A stretch of 64,000 bases of DNA from Vicugna vicugna (Eukaryota), in NCBI GenBank assembly GCA_013265495.1, contig MU058463.1, positions 2,379,523-2,443,522 on the forward strand, given 5' to 3'. The position numbers were made by a program, and so were the translations under genes. Each line of letters starts with the position of its first letter. The first letter of the stretch is position 1. The notes beneath the pieces were generated by a model. That model ran no database searches. It was not told where the DNA came from and saw only the letters and a program-made list of their open reading frames with translations. Below are positions 38,840 to 53,098 of this stretch, in pieces.

Positions 38840-39725
38840 ACCGTGGTTCAGGAAGAGTTTATGAAGGCATTGGTTCTAGGCTGTAAACCACAGGTGGGAT
38901 TTGAAGGTGGAAGGCCGTATGCTAGATAGAGGTGATGGATGAGGAAAGGCAGAGAAAGAGAAAGTAAGTGGTCTTTCCTAAGATCAGTGAGTGCTTTGAT
39001 TTTATTTGAAAGGAAATTCATGGCCAAGACAAAAAGCTCCAATGGTGAAAAGGAGTTGGTGTTTATACTATAGGCACAAGTTACAGAGGGGGCCAAGCTC
39101 CCCTGCCCTCCTGGCGCCCCTTGCCCACTGCCCTGAGATTAACCTAATAAAAGTAATGTTTGCTTTAGGGTGATTGTGCAGGTGGTGTGCTGAAATTAGG
39201 AGACAGAGGAAAGCCTGGGGTAAAGGAGACCAGTTAGATGATTTTAATGGGTCCAGGTATGAGATACTAAGTATCTTCTTGGTGAAACATGGAAAGGGAA
39301 GAGCACGCAAAACAAAAATTTCATGAAAAGAATTAATAGGCCTTGAGATCAGATAAAATCTGGAACTAAGAAAGATAAAGAAATCAAAAGTTCATTGACA
39401 TTTCAAACTTGGGCAGAATATTAACTAAAATAATGAAGCAGAGCGGGCTTTACGGGGAAGGTCTGAGTGTGAATCTAGATTTGCAAAGTAAGATAGTCGA
39501 GTGATGTTAGTATGTAGGTAGCTGGGGTGACTGGGATTGGAAGTGCAAGTGTGGAGATCAAATAGGAAAGTTACATGGAAGGAGGGAATGAAAAGTGATA
39601 AACTAGAGTCAGGGATGTAACTTGTTTCAGTAGTTTGACAGTGAAAGAAAAGAGTAAGCTAAGGAGATAGCTTGGGCAAGTAGGAGAATTACAAGAAAGT
39701 TATTATTTTTCAAGAAAATGGAGGG
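38840..39725 (-). mobile_element. Degenerate L2
   Basis: tcaggaagagttt...gggatttgaagg...ggagaccagttagatg...gtccaggtatgaga antisense L2 motifs. Confidence 0.6.
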
Positions 39726-39824
39726 ACGTTGGGAGGGGCCGGTAAAGTAGGGACACCTCTTTCCTATGAGAAGGTGATTTCCTGTTGGTTGTTCCTCTGC
39801 CCAAAGCAAATCACATGATCATAT

Positions 39825-40176
39825 TGTAAAACATTAATAAACAGAAACTTCAAGTAAAACAGAGTGGGGAGACTAGAGGAAAGCTGTGGGCTGGGGGCCC
39901 TCATGTTCTGTGACGATAGCAGAGCCCAACAGGAAGAAGATACGCCTCTTCTTTCCTGGCAGCAACTCAGCCAATGACAAACCATGGGTTCTCTGTTCAC
40001 TAGAGCCCTCCCAACTTCCTTCCCCCAAAGTGAATGAGTTTTCCTTCCCTTGCCAAGTGGGGACTTGAATGTGGCTCGCCAGGGTTGTAGACCAAGAATT
40101 GCAATTCTTTGCTGATTCTGAATAAACCCACTTGTGCTGAAGAAATAACTGGCAGTCTATTTGCTTTAGGTCAACA
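39825..40176 (+). mobile_element. ERV solo LTR (ERV1-like, 352 bp)
   Basis: TGT...ACA termini. 4-bp TSD ATAT at 39821-39824 and 40177-40180. CCAAT at 39971 and AATAAA at 40121 in LTR order. Confidence 0.85.
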
Positions 40177-41044
40177 ATATCAGTTAAAGTCCAAATCCCA
40201 CATTGGATTGGATCCAAGAATTAGGTTCCTCATTTGCTGCTCTGGGGACAGCAAAGAAAGGGAACTCCCTTCTCTGTAACATGAGGTAAGATCAGAGTTC
40301 AGAGTGGGAAAAGAGGCTGCCGTAAATTCCTGAAATTGTGCGTGAATTAAAAATGTTTTAGTAGGATTCTCTTTTCATGACCTTTGATATCTGCTTTGGA
40401 ATTTTAAGTGTTTTTATTGGATTTGTAATATAATAATAGCATTTTATTAAAAGCTTTGAGAAGTGATTACTGCCAAGACCCAGGCAGTGAAGTGAGGGAC
40501 TACCATGGTCACTCACAGCCATGGCAGGCGTTACCTCTTCCTTGATGTCTGGTTCTCCTTTACCTTCAGGCAGACAGTTGGGCAGCTTTTCCCCATCTGC
40601 CGTCCTGAAGACAGGTGCGCATGCCATTTGCGTTGGCCAGGGCACGAGTGGAAGTACTATGTGTTAGTAATGATTCAACTCTCCAGCCTGCTTGTCCCTC
40701 CCACTGTGATTGGTCGTGGACATGCATGATGATGTGGAGATGCCATAAGACTCAAGCAGGTGAGAATGATGCCATCATGTGGGGATGAGCTGCCCCAGAG
40801 TGCTGTCTGTTGTCTGTTGTCTGGGAGAGTGAGAGAAACTTTTGTTGAACTTTTTTTCTTAACCACAATTAACCTAATTTATTCTGGTAAATAAAACAAC
40901 TGAATTGAAAAATTAAATATAAAAAAAGGCAAGTTGTAGGATGCTGATTTTCAGTTACCTAAAATGTTTATAGTGGTTCAAAGTATAAATCCTTATACAT
41001 GGTCAGAATGTAAAATTTTATAACAATAATCAGGTATAAACAGG

Positions 41045-41205
41045 GCGGTAATAGCAGCTAACATTTAATAAGCTCTCTCTATGCTCTATGTTCTAAACCC
41101 ATCTAAGCTCTGTACATTCTCTCCTTTAACCCTCATGACAATCCTTGTTCATGGTAAATTCAAGGTTCAAGCCCACATATCTCTGATTTTAGGGTCTGTG
41201 TGCTT
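41045..41205 (-). mobile_element. MIR fragment
   Basis: taatagcagctaacattt...tttaaccctcatgacaatcct. Confidence 0.65.
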
Positions 41206-41709
41206 CCCGACGTGTCCATGAAAGATGCATAGTAATTGACACTCTGATGTCTTGATTCTCTAGAATCCTGTGCTTTTCTGAATGTAAAATCCAGGTTTTC
41301 CATCTATTATAATTACATGCATCAAAATTTCAAACCAGAGATCTTTTCTGCTGCTAATTAGTAATTCAGTCTTTGAACTGAAAGAGACGATACAGATTAT
41401 TTTGAAGAACTGTAGCAGTTTGTAAAGATGAGAACTCTTGATTAACCTATGGGCAGAAATCAGGCAATGCCTAGCCAAAACGATTTCCATTCAAACCTTG
41501 AGAAGCAATGTAACTGATTAATTGATTTTACACATACAGGCAGGTAAAACAAATGCCATAGATAAGGTGAGAAATCTTTGATTATGCAGATCGGTTCATT
41601 TATTTAGCACCTCTGATGTGCAAAGAAGAGTACTAGATGTGATGAAGACTCAGAGATGAATATACGTAGCTTAGGGAGCTCACAAACTAGGGATTACGTG
41701 ACATCAATG

Positions 41710-41975
41710 ATAATAATAATAACAACATGTAATATCTCTAAGCATTAAAAATTTGCCAGTGTACTAAAACCCATTGAATTTGCACTTAAAAATATGTGCT
41801 AGACATTTCACATACATTTCTTATTTAATTTTCAAATTAATCTTATTTGATAGTTGTCCACATTATAAAATATCCATGGCTCAGAGAGGTCCGGTAACTT
41901 ACCTGAGGACACGCAGTACATGATAAAGCTGGGATTCACATGGAATTTTGTTGGACATCAAGGCCTATGCCTTTC
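41710..41975 (-). mobile_element. MIR SINE
   Basis: ggctcagagaggtccggtaacttacctgaggacacgcag...ctgggattca. Confidence 0.75.
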
Positions 41976-43054
41976 TTTTCTTTACTAGTATTTATAAAGA
42001 TGTATTAGACCTAAACTGATGGTACAGCAAAGATTTTAATGGGGTACATCAGTAAACACTTTATTTGAAGAGTTATAGGTTTTATAATTACTTTCTACAT
42101 ATTAAAAATAGGAATACTTAGTTTTATTTTAAAGGAAATGCTTCTAGGTAAGTACAATTAAATTGATTTAAATGCAAAATAGTACTTAAGTATGCAAGAC
42201 ATTGTGAAGACAGCAGTGGAGTGCTTAAGTGTTGCGAATACTGCTCCAGGCCACACCGCAGTATGACTGTAGGAGGGCTGCGGGTCAGGCAAGGTTATGC
42301 TGCTGTAACAAACAACCCCTGAAGAAAAATGGCTTATTTCTTCATGGCTCCTATGTACCCAATATGGCAGGAAGGGGCAGTCGAGGTTGTGGAGGTGTCT
42401 CTGTTCCACGCAGTCACTCAAGAACCTGCGCTGACATTGGTCCACTATCTTTGTCACTCAGTGGGTGTGTGGAGGATTAAGCAGGGACCCATCCATGAAA
42501 GGTTGGACTTTATCCTGAGGGCAAGAGGGATTAGTGCTTTTAACGCCTTTTGTTCTATTCATTGCAAGCACAGACAGGGTCATGGTGTAAGAAGATAATA
42601 CAATATGCTGCCTGGGGACCTATCACCAAGATTTTTGTGATTCAAACCTAATATATGAAAATCCAGGCTTATAGTGCAAATAAATATGGGGATTGCTCAA
42701 GCTGCAAAAGGGTTCTTTGCTTAAATAAAGGATTAATTGCAGGGTGCTCTTTAAGAGTAAATATTCCTTAGATGGGCTGTTTGTAATGAATATTTATTTA
42801 ATTCCGTGTAAAACCCAACTTTTTAGAAGCTCTTATGTGATGTGAAGTTTTACCTGTTTTACAGTGAAGGTAACAATGTACCTATTTAAAATGTGAATAT
42901 TGTTTCCAGTAACATTAACAGCAAAATGGAGTTTCTTTCCTTATGTGAATGCAATGAAAGCAAGTGTAATTTAGATTCTAAGCATTGTAACAAATGCAAT
43001 TTTGAGAGGCAGGAACGTTTCTTTAGTAATTACTTGAGCTCCCAAACTCTTGGT

Positions 43055-43230
43055 TTATGTTTCTATATTAGCCCTTATCCTGTAGAATTGCCTGATTACA
43101 GGGCTGTCTTCTTTACTAGCTCTGTCACTGAGGACAGGAGAGGTTAGTTAACTTTGTCTTTCCAACACCTGACACAGGTCGTGGCTCCTAGTAGGTGGTC
43201 AATAGATATTTGCTGAGTGACTAAATAAAT
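43055..43230 (+). mobile_element. L2 3' end
   Basis: agctctgtcactgaggacagg...tagtaggtggtcaatagatatttgctgagtga. Confidence 0.65.
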
Positions 43231-46009
43231 ACCTTGCATTTTTCAAACCAAATTCTAATGCGAAGGCTTTTCCAGTCAGCATCACCTCTGCCAGCTGTGA
43301 CTTTTTAATTCATCAGTCCTTACCTCTGTTTGGATTGCAGCTTTGCTAGAGATAATAGGTAACTCTTTCCCCTAAGTAATCCAAGATAAATAAGAAACAC
43401 ACTTCAGGAGAGCCAGTGTATTCCTAAATTGTTGATTCCTGTGACTAAGTGAGAAAAATGAATGTATCTGTGTAGTCAGGAAATAAATTCTAGGCTACCT
43501 TAGCATTGTTGTCTAGTTTTGAAACATTAAGGCCAATTTATCAGCCATTACACTCCAGTTAAGTACTAATCAAGTTTATGTTTCCCCTCCGAGCTAAGTA
43601 ATAGAGAACAACTCTGATTACGGGGAACACTAAAACCATCTATTACACAGTCTTAAAATGCTTGTGACTTTAATGTCTATGAAGAGCATATGCTTATTGT
43701 GTTTAAATGTCAGTTTCACAAAAGCCATACATCTCAAGTGGGACAGTCAAGTCACTGGGAAATAATTTGCAAAAAATTGAGTTCTTGCTTTGTCACCTCC
43801 CACTTTGCAACCATTTTTTCCCCCTTCTTTTAGGTAAATTTCTGTTATATCTCTTTATGTCCTAACGTGCATGTATTGATGCAGTTTCCAAATTCATACC
43901 ACTTGTGCCGTTGAGAGCTCTGATTCCCAGATGATCTCCATTCCCCCCTGTTCAAGCTGAAGCATCATTTGTTATCCTTGAAATTTATGTGACAAGCCAG
44001 AACTGTGGCCATGCATGCATTTGCTCCTGAGAGCGCAAAACTTACAAAGCAAAGAGGTAGAAAGAAGATACACTCGGGGCTCAGATTAGCACTTGCGCTC
44101 AGTAATAAAGGACCTGCCAGTAATTAAACCACCTCAGAATAATGAAATGAGTGTACACAGTATGGAGGGAGGCTCACCACCAGACTGCTCATCAGAGCTA
44201 AAGGAAAGGAGGACCTGAGCTCTGAGGGAAGAAGTGTTGACCGGCCAAAGGTTTGCTTTTGATACTTGTGAAACATGACGTTGTTCAGCAGCATTAAATC
44301 AGTACATCTTTGCTTAGGTGAAATACAATGCTGGGCCGTTAATATATGTATATTTTCTCCGTATTTTAGAGCATCCAGATCAAGAGACCGAATTTTTTGG
44401 AGTCCTTTGTTAATCAGAGAGGCAGTAGGACAGCTCTCCCTGGGGGTGGGGACCATCCATTGTCTACAAGCAGGCAGAGTGGTTCTTCCTCCTCCTGGTA
44501 TTGCAGTTTCAGTTCAGAAAGCAACACTTAAAGCTATTTAGATGGAGGGGAGTGAATAGGGATGAAGAGACCAATTAACCAATTTTTCTTGGCCTTTCCT
44601 CACACATAGACACATTCCGTACAACACCCCGGTTTTGATGTATTATTTTAATTAATCCCAGTCTTTTGATTCCTGCAGAAAGAAGGTTAGCAAATGTAAC
44701 AATGCTCGGGAGTTCCTTTATCGTAAAAGACACATAATTTCAAGCATTTAATAAGGTAGATTTATTCTGGGTAGTTTAGCTTGCACATTCACTCAAACAG
44801 CCCTCCCCAAAGACAACATTAAAAATGTGATTAGTTAGCTGCCATCAATAACACAAAATAGGAAAATGCTCTCTGAAGGGACAGCTTTGTGGAGGGCACT
44901 GCACAGTGTGTAGTAAAAATATATGGCCTAATAAGTTTACATTTGCAGGCTCATTTGTTAAAACTCTTGAATTTCTAATTTGTGTCGGAAAGATAAATGG
45001 ATGGAGCCACAGTAAAGTGTGAGATTAATACTGATGGATGGGGATTCAGTTTTTTGCTAGCCTCTTAGTTCCACACAACCCAGTAGGCAGTTTATAGGAA
45101 AACCAAATGTAAATAAAAGGAAGGACATTATTTACTCTGTTTGAGACCAATTACCAGTTATTTTGTTCCTTTCAACTTTACTGTTTAAGGAAATTTCTAC
45201 GTAATTTAATTATTATATTCAGTAATCAAAAGGCCTGCAATTTATAATTTGATGTTTCGAAGATTGGCCCCCGGAAGTTCTATTAGGTAAGGAGCGGTTA
45301 GGGATTGTCTTTCTCACTGTATTTCACAAAATATTTCCCTAGTCAGATTGTCCCTAAAAAAAAACTTCTGGACACAACATGAGAAGAAGACATGAGTCCT
45401 GAGGAAAGGCAGAAGAATGGTAAGCTTTTCCGTAGCCAAGGATTTAGGAACATAAAATGTGATTTCTGTAGCAAAAAATAAATTTAATGCCTCTTTTTGT
45501 TGTCTTAAGCCAGTCCCCCTTCCCCTCCCAATGCTCCCCACCAGGACAAAACACTCAAGACCTTAAGCAGCTCCCTGGCATCGCGTTTCCTAGTGCCTGA
45601 GGACCTTCCTGCCTCTGTGTCACTGATGGCCATCAGATCAGAAATGGCAGCGATGGTCAATGGCAGAGAGGGAGGGAAATCAACACCCAAAATAATTAAT
45701 TTGGCAAAAATCACTCTAAAATCATGAAATGAATTCTTGACACATTTGTATGCTCTAGCGCCTATGACTGAAGCTAGACACACATTTCTACATTTTGTGC
45801 CAACGTATCATGGGATCTGCTTGGAGGGGTGGAAATCAGAGAGTTAAATTCCCCTCCCCTCCTCTTCCCTCTGCCCCTTCTCTGTCTTCCTCCCACCACC
45901 CCTCCTCTCTATCAGGGCATCGTCACATACCGGAAAGCAGTCTGCAGGAGGACTTCTTCAATTGTCCCTGAATTCCTCACCAGTTCCACTTGTCTCAGCG
46001 AGCCCCAAA

Positions 46010-46225
46010 AGGTAGTGTAGCACAGAAGAAAGAGCTTTGGCCAAGGGAGCAAAACGATCTGAGAGGTGGCTCTGGTTCCACTGTCTAAACGCTGTGTGAT
46101 GGGCAAGCTCCTTACCTTCTCAGAGTCTCATTTTCTTCATCCCTAGAATGGGACCAGTACTCATCATACGGACTATGTATGGTACATGAAAGGGATAAAC
46201 ATACAACAGTGCTTTATAAAGTAGT
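46010..46225 (+). mobile_element. MIR SINE
   Basis: gtagtgtagcacagaag...ctgtgtgatgggcaagctccttaccttctcagagtctcattttcttcatc. Confidence 0.75.
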
Positions 46226-49200
46226 TTAATTCTCTATATGTCTTTAATTAGGCTGGAAAATAACCTTTAAAATGTTAAAAAGTGTAAAGAGGAATTAAAA
46301 AAAAATCAAGATAGAGTAATTGTGTGGCCACAATTGCAAGTAGTGTTCCCCAGGGAGCACCCCCACCAAGAGGATGCTGAGGGCGTTGTTAACAGGTGTT
46401 GATTGACTCAGAGGGGCTTCAGGGGGGATCTGGTGGGGAGTCAGAGGCAGACTCTACTCCTGCTGCTTCTCTGCAACACGAGAAGCCCAAGCTGTAACTG
46501 TGATGTGCACTGGCCTCAGGCCAGTGGCCTCCAGGCCTGGGCTGACCTCTCCTGAGCCCCAATGGCAATTTTTAGCCTGGAGCTCTCTGGAGAGATTTCT
46601 GAATAAACTGCATCTGTCCATCTGGCACTGTCCAGCTTAGCTCTTCAAAGTACTGTCTCTAGCCAGCCGTTCAGCTAAGGCTAATTTTAGTGCTGATTGT
46701 TTTTGTGTGCTCTGGTTAGATCAGTCCTGGGAACGTGGCCTTGGCCTGAGACCTATGCTCCTCTCATCTGCTGAGAAGTGAGCAGGAGGGGTTCACAAGT
46801 CCAGCAGTTAGCATTTGTTGAGCACTTACTGAGTTTTTATAAAGGATGTCTTTTCACAGGAATGCAAGAAAATGGCTTTTGCCTGTGTTTAGCGTGGGAG
46901 TCGAGTGTTTCTGTCTGAGGCATTGTCATGACACACAGCCACAAACTGGATTGATGAAAGAGTGAAAAATCCAAATGTACTGAATTTTTTTTATTAGGAA
47001 ACATCAGTCCTAAGAAAAGAAGCAAAACATAGACTGAAGATGAGAGGCTCCTGAAAGTTTTCTTTGGTGAAAGTTATTTGCAGACTATTCGAAGCTGCAG
47101 ATTACTTTAGGAGATTCTAGGAATAGATTTAGCATGCACTTAAGGCCCCTTTGCTCAGGGCTAAGGGGAATTAGCAGGGATATAAAGCATGTAGGAGAGA
47201 TGCATTCTCTCCTTTTATGAGCCCTAGATCTGAGGCCACGAGAGGAATTTGTGTTGGTGAGTGAATTCTGCTATCAACTCTAAAATGGTTAAGAGCCTTT
47301 TCAGAGTTTTCTTAAAACATGAAGAAGCAGATTAATTTTAAAACTTCTAGAACTATATTCTCTTACTTAAACATTCTGAATGGCTCCCTATTGCTTATAA
47401 GATAAAAATCCAAGCTCCTTAGTTCTGCACAGGAGACCCTTTGTCATCTATTCCTAAAACTTCACAGCCTCACCTCTTACATTCTCTGCCAATACATTCT
47501 GGCCTCAGTTACATGGAACCCATTTATAGGTTCTTGAAAACATCATGCATGCAGGCAGTGCTGTTCTGTTAAGGTGCTGTTCCCTGGGCTGGAATGTGGC
47601 CCTTGGCCTCTACTGGCCCCACTCTGGCCCCCAACCTTCAAGGCTGCTCCCAAATGCTGCCTCAGCCGGAGCCAGAGTGAGTACTTCCCTTCGCTCTGCT
47701 CTTCCCTCCTGCTGCTTCTCCTCTAGTACTCAGCCATCATCCGGCCATTGTCTGTTGGGCTGTTGTTCCTGCACGTAAACAACAAGCCCTTTAAAAAGGG
47801 AAACCTGTGCCACTGTCCCCACACGGAGGTAGTGTAAGGACAAAGGCACAAGGACGCTGAAGGACAGCCATTGTTCCCAGTTAGCGCCTTGTGTTTTGTG
47901 ACCTGGGGCAAGAACGATGGATGGAGGAGCATGATTGCTGGGAGAAGTCCGTCACTTGTGCCATGGTTAAACACACGCACAGACACTTTTTAAAGTGTAT
48001 GTATTTGGGGTAGGTTGGGGAGGCGGGGATTGGGTTGGCTGAGCTGGAAAGCAAAGGCAAATTTAAGTGCTTGGGCTGACTAACTGGCATGGAGGTGTGG
48101 GATAACGTTTCCCATCATCACTCAAAAAGATTGATATGTTTTCAGTGGATTTTTAGACTCGCTAATGAGTATGTTGGTGGCCTTTTGCTCTTTAAGGTGA
48201 TACAAAGGAACACAACTCTTCAGGTGACAGCTCTCCGTCTGCTACAGGTAGGAGGGGCTACATAACGTTCGTTTGAATAAAGCACGCCCTAAATGAATGT
48301 CCTTTGTCTGGAGGACACAGGCTTTCCAATCTGAAGTTCCATTCTGTCAGACAGTAAGGAGCTCCGGTTCCTATGCAGTAATCAATAAGCCGAATCCCCC
48401 AGAATCCAGCAGCCTGCCAGTCCCTTGTTTAATCAGGATTTTAGGAAGGATTAGCTCTGTAATGAATCCTCGTGAACTTGCTTTCCGTCTTCTCCACACT
48501 GATGACATCCCTGCATATGTAGATCCACATCTGCCTCTCCGTGGGAATGCGTATTTGACATTTCAAAGGCTACAAAATATGATCCAGAAAATAAACACTG
48601 CTGTAGTAATTTTGATGGTTGATCATCTGTTTAATGTAATGTCAGTTAACTTTGAGACTGTAAATTAGACTGGCTTGATTTGTTATCAATTTTCAGTGCT
48701 GTTCAGCATCTTGAACAAAAAACCCCATAAGATCTAAAGAGAATGAAGGGTAAAGATGGATTCTAATCTTTACAGGAAGAACTGTCAGGTATTTTCCAGC
48801 ATCTAAATGTAGGTTACTTAGATGAATTCTAAGACATGAAAGGCATTTTATGTTTTGAGATTTAAGGAAATGATATTCTGGATGATGAAACTATTGGTTT
48901 ATTCTCAATTTTATTTCATGGTTTTGATGAGCTTCCCTGCAGGGAGAAAACCAACGTGTCTCTTTTCGCTTGTATCGATTCATAAAAATAACCTCCCATG
49001 GAATTCTGTAAATTAGGGTTTGGTGAGTTTTGTGCTTATGTGACATTATTGTTTTTGTTAAAATGTTTAGTTTTTTTCTTTTTTTTTCAAAATAACTGAA
49101 TGCTTTAATGTCAGACAGACCTAGTTTTAGAATTGAAATTGTTGTTCTATTTCAGATCGTGATCATGTGGAAAGGTTACTTGGAACATAGAAACTTTTAT

Positions 49201-49299
49201 GACTACCAAATTCCATGCTTTGAAACTAAAGTTATGAATTTAAGAATCTCAAATGTGGCAAGATGATAACATTAATCAAGCTAGAAAGAGTCCTGGATT

Positions 49300-49930
49300 G
49301 GAGTAGGTGGATGGAGGGCTGCAGGAATGTTGAGGGGAGTAAGGCAAGAAGAAGAAAGATTTGCTAGATGGTTAGATCTATTTGATCACTTCAAAAATTG
49401 AGAGGATGTTGATAGGATTTGGAAGAATTAATTAAAATATCACAGAAAGATTAGGAAGAGAAAAAACTAGCAATTATTAATAACAGGAACATGACTTTTA
49501 TTGGAAAAGAAATTTAATCACAGTACACTATTTTGCTCAGCAATAAAAAGTATTTACTTTGTCAGAATAATGTTTACTAAAGTTTTTTAATAAAAATTAT
49601 GATATAACTATATTGACTGAAGGTAATATCATTATATTGCAGGGGGATAGTGAAGAGAACCAAGTCCTCATCTACCACAACAGCAAGTCAATAGTCAATC
49701 TAAAGTTGATCAAATCAATTTAAGAAAATAGCAATGTAAGGATATTATCTAGAAATACAGAGGTAAAGACCATAAGACAGCACAGAGTCTTGAAGGCTTC
49801 CTTTGGGGAGCAGGACAGAGAGATTGGGGAGAACAGAGTAGATGGCTGTGGTTTTCATTAAAGCTTTGATATTTTAAAATATGTGTGTTATTTTGATAAA
49901 ATGGAAAATAATGTTTTGAAATTAATTTTA
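49300..49930 (+). mobile_element. Ancient L1ME/MC-type 3'UTR fragment
   Basis: ttaatcacagtacact...aagtcctcatctaccaca..gcaagtcaatag...tgtgttattttgataaaa. Confidence 0.55.
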
Positions 49931-51771
49931 TTTTCCAACCATTCCACTCCTTCATCTGTTCCTTTCCTTAAATTCTAAATACACACAAACACATAGCTTT
50001 ATAATGAACAACACAGGGCAGGAAGGCAACAATCATGTTGGTTATTTCAGTAGTGTACACCTAAATCATTGCTGAGCTGGACTGGGGGTTTTGCACTTCT
50101 TAGATTGACGTCACATAGGAGATTCTTAAATTCATCTTTATTTTCAAAAGATGGAACTTTGTGCATGTGAAAGTTTCTATGTTCTAAGTAAGATTTCCAC
50201 ATGATCAGGATCTTAAATAGAGTAACAACTTCAATTCTAAAACTAGGTCATATGACATTAAAACATTCAGGTTTTTTTTTTTAAATGGACATTTAAACAA
50301 AAGCAATAATGTCATCTAAGTGCAAAATTCACCAAACACCTGTTTGTAGAGTAGAAACTTGATTATCAAAGATCTAGAGACCGAAGGAAGGGCGGGGATC
50401 TTTCTGTTTTCAATCTCATGTCTCACCTCTACCTGTCCCTGATGACTGTAGCTTCTCTGATTTCAATTTGCCCAGATCTCAAATTCTCTAATTGTCTTGA
50501 AGGGTTGAGGAGGATTGTTCGTTTGGTGCTACCGTGTAGAGATGGGTTGTTTGGGCATTTTATCCGTTGCATCTTTATTCACTCCCATGTCTAACCTCCA
50601 CTTGATATACACTTAATATCACCAATTATTGAGATTCTCTGGGGCTCTGTGAATGGAAATAGCTTGCTTCTTGTTGGAAGATATGCAGGTTTCAACTTTT
50701 ACAGGTCAGACAGAACACCTTCAAGAGTGTTCTATTTTCTGTTCTCTTTGTCCCTATGAATTTATGATTTTCTTTTTGTTCTCTATTGTTGTCCTTGTAA
50801 TTTTCTGAGAGAGTGAAAACAAAATGCATGTTTAAATTCACATGTTTAAAGAGAAATCCAGACATTTAACATATTTAATGCATGAGCAGTGCCACTTGTA
50901 CTCCTTAGGATAATTTATTGGTACCTTTCTTATCATTGCTACAATCTTGAAAAGGAGATACAAGCATCTTTGCTTTGTAAATGAGGACTCTTGAGTTTCA
51001 GAAGTGAGTAACAGGTCCTACGTCATATAATGGGGAAGTTGCTCAGATTTTGTTTGAACCTCATCATCTTCTGCGGTGCCGAAGCACCTCTTCTTCATGT
51101 GAAAGACCTTATATTAAGTCTTCGTTTTAGCACATTCACAGGGCTCAACATCGCTCTGATATTTTTACTGCTTTGCTGGTAAGAAGCAGAGCTAAATTTC
51201 CCTTCTCAGACAGCAGCCTCAGGGTGGACCTGAGTATTTAGGTCACCCCCCTTTTCTTTCTGTTTTTCAGGTAGCCTCCTGTGCCTTAGTCATCTTCCCT
51301 GTTGGGCTCTCTCTTTGGGGAAGCTCAGTCTGCATGTCGCTCCCGGTTTTGATCACCGCTGTACTAAGATGTCACTCTGTTTCCTGGCTCCCACTCTCCC
51401 AGGTGAATGTTTAACATTTACTCTTCTCTTCTTCAAATTGAGCACTCCGTTTTTCCTACTCATGCTCCACTAATGCCTTTGTTTCTTTTATCACTGGGAA
51501 AATGGAAGCTATCAGAAAAGAACCTCCACATCTTTCTACCAAATCTGTTAAACAGTATCCATACCAAGTACCCTATATTCCCTCCCATTGCACTGGATCA
51601 ACTGTCCCTTTTCCTACGTTAGTCCAGCTCCACCAGCCAGGGGCGCTGGCTCTCAGCCCTCCTTGCCTGCCTGAAGCCTCTTGCATCATCATTTTCCCCT
51701 TCTCTGTTAGAGAACTTCCATAAACGTGCATCATGGGGTAGTGTTCTCCATTAAAGAAGAAAAATTCTTTT

Positions 51772-51978
51772 TTTTTAACATTTTTTATTGATTTATAATC
51801 ATTTTACAATGTTGTGTCAAATTCCAGTGTTCAGCACAATTTTTCAGTCATACATGGACATATACACACTCATTGTCACATTTTTTTCTCTGTGAGCTAC
51901 CATAACGTTTTGTGTATATTCCCTGTGCTATACAGTGTGATCTTTTTTATCTATTCTACAGTTTTGAAATCCTAGTCT
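51772..51978 (-). mobile_element. Young L1 3'UTR-only insertion, same family as 28599-30693
   Basis: Reverse complement aligns by eye to ~30476-30690. 11-bp TSD AAAATTCTTTT at 51761-51771 and 51979-51989. Confidence 0.92.
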
Positions 51979-53098
51979 AAAATTCTTTTCTTGACTCCTG
52001 AGCTGTCATCTAGCTACCCTTCCACCTCTCTCCTCTTTTGTGTTGTATCTGTTTGTTCTCCTCACTCTGCCTCTCACATTATTTCTCGAATCCTCTCAAA
52101 TTGGGCTTTTGCACTTGGCACTCCATTGAAACTGCTTTCCTCAAGAATGCCAAGCACAACCCGCTGCCTAGTCTGCCGGGCGATTCTCAGTGCTCGTTCA
52201 CTCAGTCTCGCAGCAGAATTTCCCTGTTGGTTTCCTCATTCTAGAAACACTGCACCCTCCTGATTTTTTTTCTTCTTTTATAGGCTATTCGTTATACATT
52301 TCTTTTCCAGGTCGTTCTCTTCCTGACCTCTATATCCTGGAATGCTCCAGAGCTCAGTCCCTAGACCTCTTTTCCTTTTTGAGTTTTTATTTCTTAGAGG
52401 ATACAGTCATTTCTGGGAATTTAATACCATCTGCATACTGATGATGCCAACATTTGTTCTGTACTGAACCTCTGACTTGTATATGCAACTACCTGCTCAA
52501 CATCTTTACCCAACGGTTTAACAGGCTTCTGAAATTTCATATGCCTGGGAGAACTCTTGATTTTTCCCATTCACACCCATTCTTCCCTCAGTATCCCTGA
52601 TTTTTCTAAATGGTTTCTCTTACATTCAATACTCTATCTCCAGACTTTGAAATCATCCTTGGCACCTCTCTTTTTCTCACACACGACATCCAATCCATTA
52701 GCAAATCCTGTTGCCTCTGCCTTTAAGATGGATTCTACACATGACCCCTTCTTATCACTTTCATCAGTCACACTCTAATTCAGGTTGTTCTTTTCTCTTG
52801 CCCTAACACAGTAGCATCCTGACTAGTCCAATAGCATCCTAACTAGTCCCCCTGCTTCTGTAGTTGCCCTATTGTAGTTTATTCTTTACACAGTAAACAA
52901 AATATTTTAAGAATGTAAATGAGATAATGCTGTACTCTGCTCAAAAGCATCACGTTGCTGTTTCACTTTCTTCATAGCACTCACCATCGCACCACAACGG
53001 GACATTATATAACTATTTGCTAATCTGATTATTTCCTTTCTTTACCTCCAGAATGTAAGCTCTGTGAAGGCAGAGGCATTGCCGGTCTTGTTCACCTC

